A stretch of 63,433 bases of DNA, counting the filler, from Octopus bimaculoides (taxonomy: Eukaryota), in NCBI RefSeq assembly GCF_001194135.2. It is 5 parts of 4 records of this genome, joined end to end, with 100 filler letters (N's around TTAATTAATTAA, not from the genome) between each part and the next. Parts side by side here need not be neighbours in the genome. Positions count along the whole stretch, not along the records: positions 50,482 to 54,930 come from NC_068982.1; positions 55,031 to 63,433 come from NC_068990.1; 3 more parts are not named here. The stretch is one strand, 5' to 3'. Of the stretch, positions 54,118 to 63,433 are shown piece by piece. The notes below the pieces were generated by a model. The model saw only the letters and a list, made by a program, of their open reading frames with translations. It did not search any database and had not been told where the DNA came from. Position 1 is the first letter of the stretch, and each line of letters begins with the position of its first letter. A program made the translations under genes and the position numbers.

Positions 54118-54460
54118 CATTATTATTATTATTATCATCATCATCATATCTTATGATTATATCTCTGTTTATTGCCTTCACTCCAAAATAAATCTTGCAG
54201 TTTGTCATTGATTTTAATTATACTTTTATCACAATTCCAAGAGGATGATGCTGCACACGCGGATTAAACAAGAAAGTTAGCATGGTTTAACTGCTAAACA
54301 ATTTTACATTCGCCGATAATAATTTTATCAGTTATAACAGTATTTACACAATAATTTGCAACTCTCTGTCACAACATGCCAATAATATGCAACACCATCA
54401 TTTCAGTAGGATACAGTACTTTTTTTTTATCCCACCAATAACGGAACAGTACACTATATA

Positions 54461-54838
54461 TGTAGAAGCGCAATGGCCCAGTGGTTAGGGCAGCGCACTC
54501 GCGGTCGTAGGATCGCGGTTTTGATTCCCAGACGTTGTGGGTGTTTATTGAGCGAAAATACCTAAAGTTCCACAAGGCTCCGGTAGGGGATGGTGGCGAA
54601 CCCTGTTGCATTCTTTCACCACAACTTTCTCTCAATCTTTCTCCCTGTTTCTGTTGTACCTGTATTTCAAAGGGGCCAGCCTTGTCACACTTTGTGTCAC
54701 GCTGAATCTCCGCGAAAACTACGGTAAGGGAACGCGTGTCTGTGGAGTGCTCAGCCACTTGAACGTTAATTTCACGAGCAGGCTGTTCCGTTGATCGGAT
54801 CAACTGGAACCCTCGTCGTCGTAACCAACGGAGTGCCA
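54461..54838 (+). mobile_element. SINE family 3, full-length
   Basis: tRNA-like head GCGCAATGGCCCAGTGGTTAGGGCAGCG...GATTCCCAG, ending GTAACCAACGGAGTGCCA. Confidence 0.9.
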
Positions 54839-54840
54839 AT

Positions 54841-54891
<51 letters not shown>

Positions 54892-55122
54892 TACACACAC
54901 ATACACTCACACACACATACACTCACACACNNNNNNNNNNNNNNNNNNNNNNNNNNNNNNNNNNNNNNNNNNNNTTAATTAATTAANNNNNNNNNNNNNN
55001 NNNNNNNNNNNNNNNNNNNNNNNNNNNNNNATATATATATATATATATATACACATACATATATATATATATATACACATACATATATATATATATATAT
55101 ACACATACATATATATATATAT

Positions 55123-55195
<73 letters not shown>

Positions 55196-55709
55196 CACAT
55201 ACATATAGATAGATATATATACACATACATATATATATATATATATACACATACATATATATATGTATGTATATATGCATAGATACATACATACGCATAC
55301 ATAATTATACATACTAAGCACACATTTGCTCATTACTAAGCTCTAACAACATTCACAACAACACAGCAATGCACACACACACACACACACACATACACAC
55401 ACACACACACATTGTAACAATAAATCTAGACATTCCTAATCCCTGCATATTAGGTTCGTGATTTACAGACTAATACAAAGAAACACATCACATACACCTT
55501 AAATAGCCTACAGACACACACACATTATGGTCCATATTGACCTACAGTTACTTCCCCTGTTGCTCCTGTATATATGAAACTCCTTTCTCTATCCCTTCCA
55601 GTCATTCTACCCCCAACCATCTTCAGCACGACCTCATAAAGATTCATGTGCATTTCTCCATTGCTTTAGTCTTTATCCTTTTCTCTACACTTTTCCATAT
55701 TCTTTTATC

Positions 55710-56478
55710 GCTTTGTTTCAGTCACTTGACTGCAGCCATGCTGGAGCACCGCCTTTAGTCAAACAAATAAACCCCAGGACTTATTCTTTGTAAGCCTCAT
55801 ACTTATTCTATCAATCTCTTTTGCTAACTTATGGTAGACGTAAACACACCAGCATCGGTTGTCAAGCGATGATGAGGGGGACAAACACAGACACAAACAT
55901 ATATATATATATATGACAGGCTTCTTTCAGTTTCCACCTACGAAATCCACTCACAAGGCTTTGGATGGCATGAGGCTATAGTACACAAGACACTTGCCCA
56001 AGGTGCCACGCAGTGGAACTGAACCCGGAACCATATAGTTAGTAAGTAAGCTACTTACCACACAGTCACTCCTGTGCTTATATTACTCATTTACTTGTTT
56101 CAGTCATTTGACTGCGGCCATGCTGGAGCACCGCCTTTAGTCGAGCAAATCGACTTCAGGACCTATTCTTTGTAAACCTAGTACTTATTCTATCGGTCTC
56201 TTTTGCCGAACCGCTAGGCTACGGGGGACGTAAACACACCAGCATCAGTTGTCAAGCGATGTTAGGGAGACAAACACAGACACACAAACATACAAACATA
56301 TATATACATATATACGATGGGCTTCTTTCAGTTTCTGTCTACCAAATCCACTCACAAGGCTTTGGATGGCATGAGGCTTTAGTAGAAGACACTTGCTCAA
56401 GGTGCCACGCAGTGGGACTGAACCCAGAACCATGTGGTTGGTAAGCAAGCCACTTACCACACAGCCACTCCTGCGCCT
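55710..56478 (-). mobile_element. Two tandem SINE family 1 copies (about 55710-56078 and 56087-56478)
   Basis: Two successive reverse-complement full-length copies. Confidence 0.9.
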
Positions 56479-56877
56479 ATATATTCAACTTTCCAAAGAA
56501 GAGTTTGTGAGGAGAGAGAGAGACAGGCAGACATGCAGAAGGAGAGGAAGAGAGAATGCTTTGTCAGAGCAACACAGTAGTTAGAAGAGGAATTTTCTTA
56601 AACATGTTTAAGTGGAACAGTTTATGTAGGATGTAAAAATCCCCTTTGACCTTCTTCCCTCTCTTTTCTCCTAGATACAGACCCTACCTGGCACAATCGT
56701 GGGGGAGGGGATATTTTCAAGTCTTCTGACATGCACTTTTCTATATTGACTTAGAGAACCAGAGAAAGCCAAGGAATGAGAAAAATGTCTCTCACTCACT
56801 CACTCTCACACACACACACACAAGCACGCATGCACACACACACGTGTGCATACATACAAGCACATGTACCAGCGTAC

Positions 56878-56915
<38 letters not shown>

Positions 56916-58633
56916 CAATGTTAATTCTCTAAATGAGAATTTAGAGAATTATATATATATATACACATACACACACACACATACACGAAAGAAAAACAGA
57001 AAGTGTACACGTGGTTAATTTTCTTCCTCAATTGAGTACGACCATGGCCACCACCACCACCAACAACAACTGATACTACAACCACAAGTTCTATCATGTC
57101 ACCACATACAGCATCACCACCACCACAACCAAAATCTATACACCACCACTGCCACTACTAATATTACTTCAACCATCATTACCCCTGCTGCCTAGTGCAC
57201 CCCCCCACCATTTCTATGAGGCCACCATTCCTCACCACCACCACAACCAAAATCTATACACCACCACTGCCACTACTAATATTACTTCAACCATCATTAC
57301 CCCTGCTGCCTAGTGCNNNNNNNNNNNNNNNNNNNNNNNNNNNNNNNNNNNNNNNNNNNNNNNNNNNNNNNNNNNNNNNNNNNNNNNNNNNNNNNNNNNN
57401 NNNNNNNNNNNNNNNNNNNNNNNNNNNNNNNNNNNNNNNNNNNNNNNNNNNNNNNNNNNNNNNNNNNNNNNNNNNNNNNNNNNNNNNNNNNNNNNNNNNN
57501 NNNNNNNNNNNNNNNNNNNNNNNNNNNNNNNNNNNNNNNNNNNNNGCTAAATGAAATTATGATAGAGAGAAAAAAAAGGTTAGATGTGTGCTGAAGGAGA
57601 TGGACAGAGAGACAGAGAGAGAGAGATAGTAGGAGAATATTAAAGAAATTATTAGAGAAGAATGAAAACATAAGGATGGATAGACAGACAGACAGATATG
57701 CGTAAGCGCATGTGTGTGTGTGTGTGTGTGTGTACAGTGTGAGAGAAAGAGGAAGGAGATACTACTTAAGTGACTTAATTGTTTCTGGATTTGTCAAGCT
57801 CAACAATCCCTCTATCTCTCTATCTCTCCATCTTATCAACACTCTAAGCTCCTCTTCCTCAATCTTACAAAAAAAAAAAAAAAAAAAAAAAACACCCACC
57901 CACCTTGCCAACAGGCTAAATTTCTTGTCAACCTAGATAACACCCTTTTTTTTCTTCTTATTTATTTATTTATCTTCCTCTTTCCTAATTGACAATTTGA
58001 CAATTTAGCAGAGCTTTAGTACTTAGACTTAACTCACACATATACGCGCAGAGGTACACAAACACTCACACAAGCACATACACACAAATACATATACACA
58101 GATACACCCATAACAGAAAGAAACAAGAGAATGCCTGAATGGGTGTTAAGTCAGGGTGAGATTTGAATCCTTTAATTTCTTAAATTAAGGTGTTGCTCGT
58201 TGACTGTCCCAGGTGTTTGACAAGGAGAAGTGTGGAGGGGCTGCATTTTGCCTTTTACTTGCTTGTTTCAATCATTGGACTGTGACCATGCTGGGGCACC
58301 CCCACCTTGAAGGTTTCAGCTGAATAAAAAGATGGTGATTTGATATATGCAACAAACTGGCAGTCATTGGAGCATCGGACAGAACACCTTGTGATATTTG
58401 TTTCACCTCTCTTGACTGAGTTCAAATCCCAGAGAAGTCGACTGTCTGTCATCCTTTCAAAGTACCAATCCAAAGAGAAGATTGACTCAACTGTAAGGAA
58501 GTTGGATCAGATGCTTTGCAATATTTGAGTTCAAATCTCACCAGAGACTTTTAGGGTGGGAACCCTGGGTACCTGTTGCAGGGATTTGGATCAGATCCCC
58601 TGATTTGAAGGTATCTTGCACCATCTTCCTTAC

Positions 58634-58682
58634 CAGTTCTAGAGTCCCTAGTGAAAATGGATCACAGGCACAACTTTTTAAC
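58634..58682 (-). other. Candidate 49-nt exon (open only in phase 1: LKSCACDPFSLGTLEL)
   Basis: Strong acceptor ataattttcttttcttcttttttaatcag|GTT and donor AACTG|gtaagg. Confidence 0.45.
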
Positions 58683-59320
58683 CTGATTAAAAAAGAAGAA
58701 AAGAAAATTATACAAGGGAGATTAAGCAACTATTTCTAGCAAACAGAACGACCACGTATAGGCTTCATTATGGTGCAATGTGGTCAATAGGTGAAAATAC
58801 CTCTCCCAACTCAAACTTTGACCTGTCCCCTCTACTCCCTTCCTGCCAAGTAACTTAACACTTGGACTAGAATAACACACTGAGTCAAAGACATTCATTA
58901 TTCTTTCTCTTCTTCCCAGTGGGTGGCACCAGCAATAACAGTAGTTTATGGAGGTCTGTGTTGACATGTAGCAGCTTGTTTGGTGTGGCCTTCATTCCTC
59001 TTCCTCTTCTTACAATCTAACCCATAAAGGGTGGTTTACATTTAATCAAAGCTGTCAACGAAGAAACCTCTAAGTTCCCCCGCCCCCCTTCCATTCCTCA
59101 CTCCCTCCTTAACCAACCCAGAACTAGTCATGACTTTATTGACATTTTAAACTTGCAGTTCTTGTGTTCTACATATAAAAGATAAGTATATGTGTGTATT
59201 CATATATACCGTGTATGTATATATATATATATATATATATGATATATAAAACATATATACATGCATAGTATGTTTCATACACACATATATGTAAAACATA
59301 CATACATATATATACACTCA

Positions 59321-59360
<40 letters not shown>

Positions 59361-59981
59361 GTATTATGTTTTAACGAATTCTGTTCTCTACTTTTTTACT
59401 GGTATTTGAATTAAAGAGATATTTGGGAGGAAAAAAATATCTATTTTTTTTTCCACAATCCTCAATTAAAAACTAATTTAAGTAATTAGACTCATAAATT
59501 AGAATACATTTCTTTTTTTTTTTTCAATCTTCAAATATTTTCAATTGAATAATTTAATACATAATTTTTTTTTTTTTTTTTTTTTTTTCTGCTTCTGTGC
59601 ATAAAAATGTTTGGCGCTGGATGCTGCTGTTAATCTTTCTTCTGCTTTGAATGTTGATGACAGACCTGCATGTAGTACAGCAGTGCTACATGCATGTAGT
59701 ACCACTGTTGTTATAATTAGTCACCAGATCAGCCCTGAAGTAGCAAGGAGATCAATGAGGATAGGAAGTTCCAGCCATGACCATACTGTTGTAACTCCTT
59801 TCTCAAAGAGTGTATCTAGAACAGAGATAAGCAACAGGTGGGCCACTGTGGAGTTTTTGCTTTTCTTTAATGTTTATTTTCAAATCTAATGTGTTTATGG
59901 GTTAGTGAATAACTGGTGGCTTTTAGATAGTCTTTTATATCATGAGGTGATTAGTATTTGCTTATAGGGCAGCAGTCTGCT

Positions 59982-60612
59982 TAGAGTGGCTGTGTGGTAA
60001 GTAGCTTGCTTACCAACCACATGGTCCCGGGTTCAGTCCCACTGCGTGGCATCTTGGGCAAGTGTCTTCTACTATAGCCTCGGGCCGACCAAAGCCTTGT
60101 GAATGGATTTGGTAGACGGAAACTGAAAGAAGCCCATCGTATATCATCATCATCATCATCATCGTTTAACGTCCGCTTTCCATGCTAGCATGGGTTGGAC
60201 GATTTGACTGAGGACTGGTGAAACCGGATGGCAACACCAGGCTCCAGTCTGATTTGGCAGAGTTTCTACAGCTGGATGCCCTTCCTAATGCCAACCACTC
60301 AGAGAGTGTAGGGCACTCAGAGAGTGTAGCCACTCAGAGAGTGTAGTTATGTATATATATTGAAACTTAAAAAAAAAAAAATATGTATATATATATTATA
60401 TATATATATATATATGTATGTATGTGTGTATGTGTTTTCCCCCCCAATATCGCTTGACAACTGATGCTGGTGTGTTTACGTCCCCGTAACTTAGCGGTTC
60501 GGCAAAAGAGACCGTTCCAAAGAATAAGTCCTGCGGTCAATTTTCTCGACTAAAGGCGGTGCTCCAGTATGGCCACAGTCAAAAGACTGAAACAAGTAAA
60601 AGAGTAAAAGAG
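59982..60612 (+). mobile_element. SINE family 1 interrupted by an RTE 3' fragment
   Basis: Head to 60142; 3' half resumes at about 60425. Confidence 0.85.
60143..60346 (-). mobile_element. Short RTE 3' end
   Basis: (ATC)n-GTTTAACGTCCGCTTTCCATGCTAGCATGG... as at 178-330. Confidence 0.85.
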
Positions 60613-60944
60613 TGTCAATAGGGTTGCAGTCCCATAACAGAGACAAATAGCCATTGTAAGTCATGGAAAAGAAAGGAGAGGATGCAAAGGTATACATCAT
60701 CATCAGAAGACTATACCCCAAGCTCTGCTGTCCATTTTGGCATGGATGGATGGATGGATAGATCGATAGATGGATAGATAGATAGATGGATGGATAGATA
60801 GATAGATGGAGCAAATGGCTAAAGTCAATTTGGGTGTGAAGTTAGGGTATTTCCAGAGAAACACTCAACTCAAATACTGTCAGAATCCAAGCAAAAGCCG
60901 GAATACTTCTGGTGTAGAAAATCCAAGTTTCACGAAGAACATGG

Positions 60945-61035
60945 TAGTACCAGTTGAACATTGGGGTTGATGTAATCGACCCATCCCCTCTCCCAAAACT
61001 GCTGGCCTTCTGGCAAAATCTGAAACCATTATTAT
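60945..61035 (+). mobile_element. SINE family 2, 3' fragment
   Basis: GTACCAGTTGAACATTGGGGTTGATGTAATCGAC...GGCCTTCTGGCAAAATCTGAAACCATT. Confidence 0.7.
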
Positions 61036-61093
61036 TTTTATTTAGAAGTCTACAGTACAATGATATGCAATTCGGTTCAGTAGTAACACAGTG

Positions 61094-61140
<47 letters not shown>

Positions 61141-62120
61141 TACATTTATATATATATATATAACTCCGGGGTACACACATACACACACACATACAATATT
61201 TATCTAGTGGGGTAGTGGTGGAGACTGAGATGGGTGTGGCGACAAGATACTGAAGAAGATAAAAAATTAGAACAAGATATATCCTAACATTCTGATAAGA
61301 ATTTCCTCAAAAAACCAGGATTTTAATTAAAATAATTAAACACCTCTTAGTTTTTTTGTTTTTTTTTTGTTTTGATTTTATTCTTCTAATGTCTTCCCTG
61401 TTTATATTTGTGTAACAAACACTGTGTGTAGAAATCTAGAAAATATGTTACAAATTGAAGGACGGACGATGTATAAGGTATACATTTGAAAAGGGTGGTT
61501 TGGTAAGATTACAAGATTAAGAATATCGGGTGTTGCTTACTAATTGAGTTAAGGGCTGGTTGGGTACACAGTTGTAAAGTGTTATAGATCTGAGGAAAAA
61601 AGAGCAAGATACAGTGTGGTACATAAGTGTATAATAATATATAATATAATCAGATGTATGTGCTCAGAGACTGGAAAAAAAAAGAGAGAAAGAATGAAAG
61701 AGAAAGAGTGAAACTGAGAGGCAGCTATGAAGAGAGGGGGAGAAGGTAAAGAGAGAAAAATGGGAAGATAGAGAGAGAAGGGAAAAAAGAGAGACAGATT
61801 CTAGTTAATCAGAGAGAGGGAGAGAAAAGAGGTGATAGTGTCACATGACCAAATGTAAGGAGCAGAGAACACAGCAAATGATCAGCAGATAGAATAGGAG
61901 AAGGATATGTTATGTGGAGTTCTGTATGAATAGATGATATTTTGCTGACAAGGGCCAAGACTATTTCCCTTGGATCCTACAGTTCTACAATGTAATGGCA
62001 TGTTTATTTGTCTGTTACTGATATCAACTTTTTGATATGACCTAGTTCTAATGTTATTGTTATCAAAACTAGGACATAATCATGGAGATTCCATTATATA
62101 TATATATATATATATATACA

Positions 62121-62610
62121 CAGGGGTTGGAGAAAATAATGGAAACACCTAGCATCATACCATCGTAATTTTGAAATATCTATAAAACCGTCAAAAGCTT
62201 GTTTATTTTTATATTTTGTTTTATTTATTATTAGTGTTGCTTAATATGTTTTGCTAAAATTGCTGTTTCATTTCAGATATCATCAGAAAATGGTAAATAA
62301 AATTCATTAAAACGACAGATCTATCGGACTTTCAAAGAGGCCAAATTGTTGGTGCTCGCATGGCAGGCGTTAGCGTAACGAAAACAGCCGAAATGTTTCG
62401 TGTATCAAGAAGTACTGTCTTGAAAGTAATGAGAAAGAGGGAAAAACACTCTCGTCGAAACAAAACTCCAGAAGAAAACCAAAACTTTCAGATAGGGAAC
62501 GTCGGAGTCTTATGTGAACTGTTAGAAAGGATCACAAAAGTACAGCTCCCAAAATTACTGTAGAGGTTAAGGACCACCTTGAGAACCCAGTTTCCACAAA
62601 AATTGTTCAC
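62121..62610 (+). mobile_element. Tc1-family transposon 5' end (TIR plus decayed transposase HTH)
   Basis: CAGGGGTTGGAGAAAATAATGGAAACACC TIR; [39 protein letters not shown], then frameshifted. Confidence 0.85.
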
Positions 62611-62755
62611 ACACTCACTCTATCTATATGTGCATGTTTCTGTGCATGTGTGCATGTTATGTGTATATGTGTCTGCTTCCAGCACCAAATCATCTCAATC
62701 TATGAAAAGGAATGAAGCAAGCCTACTCTGCTGGAGGTATAATGTCTAGTGTGGT

Positions 62756-63136
62756 TGGCACACCGTTGGTTACGACGACGAGGGTTCCAGTTGATCCGAT
62801 CAACGGAACAGCCTGCTCGTGAAATTAATGTGCAAGTGGCTGAGCACTCCACAGACACATGTACCGTTAATGTAGTTCTCAGGGAAATTCAGTGTGACAC
62901 AGAGTGTGACAAGGCTGACCCTTCGAATTACAGGTACAACAGAAACAGGAAGAAAGAGTGAGAGAAAGTTGTAGTGGAAGAATACAGCAGGGTTCACCAC
63001 CATCCCCTGCCAGAGTCTCGCAGAACTTTAGGTGTGTTCACTCAATAAACGCTCACAAAGCCTGGTCTGGGAATCGAAACTGCGATCCTAAGACTGCGAG
63101 TCCGCTGCCCTAACTACTGGGCCATTGCGCCTCCAC
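62756..63136 (-). mobile_element. SINE family 3, full-length
   Basis: Reverse complement of 54461-54838. Confidence 0.9.
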
Positions 63137-63144
63137 AATGTCTA

Positions 63145-63433
63145 GGCGCAGGAGTGGCTGTGTGGTAAGTAGCTTGCTTACCAACCACATGGTTCTAGGT
63201 TCAGTCCCACTGCATGGCACCTTGGGCAAGTGTCTTCTATTATAGCCCCGGACCGACCAAAGCCTTGTAAGTGGATTTGGTAGACAGAAACTGAAAGAAA
63301 CCTGTCGTATATATGTATGTGTGTGTGTGTGTGTGTGTGTGCGTGTGTCTGTGTTTGTCCCCCCAACATCACTTGACAACTGATGCTGGTGTGTTTACGT
63401 CCCCGTAAATTAGCGGTTTGGCAAAACAGACTG
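63145..63433 (+). mobile_element. SINE family 1 (runs off the window end)
   Basis: Head, (GT)n and the start of the 3' half. Confidence 0.9.

Noticed and set aside
54461-54535. tRNA-like A and B boxes (also in other SINE heads)
   Set aside because: They continue into SINE bodies and do not form a cloverleaf; not tRNA genes.
55031-55265. Higher-order (AT)n-ACACATAC periodicity
   Set aside because: Ordinary compound-microsatellite expansion next to a gap.
57121-57316. 78-bp direct repeat with 118-bp period
   Set aside because: The second copy ends at a gap; it may be a collapsed minisatellite or a mis-join and cannot be interpreted.

Overview
AT-rich, microsatellite-saturated eukaryotic DNA with many assembly gaps. 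The repeat families and the (AT)/(AC)/(ATT)/(ATC) density point to a coleoid cephalopod, most likely Octopus; this is an inference. No intact protein-coding gene, rRNA, tRNA or CRISPR array can be supported, and nearly all listed ORFs are microsatellite or N-run artefacts. The recognisable content is: (1) three or four tRNA-derived SINE families in dozens of copies; (2) decayed transposons, namely two maT/DD37D-like mariners, a Tc1 5' end, RTE 3' ends, CR1/L2-like relics, restriction-like-endonuclease (R4/Dong and CRE/NeSL-like) LINE ends and a Penelope-like terminus; (3) a 500-bp foldback element; (4) several splice-site-bounded candidate exons, mostly on the minus strand, from an unidentified host transcript. 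The most interesting observations are decayed hammerhead-ribozyme cores, two independent RTE insertions at the same base of a SINE, head-to-tail SINE arrays seeded on (ATT)n, a block-wise CpG-decay pattern suggesting methylated gene bodies versus unmethylated blocks with promoter-like motifs, and a candidate exon whose TGA is followed by an in-frame His/Gly/Thr/Ala-rich extension. Repeat boundaries are approximate unless a junction is quoted.
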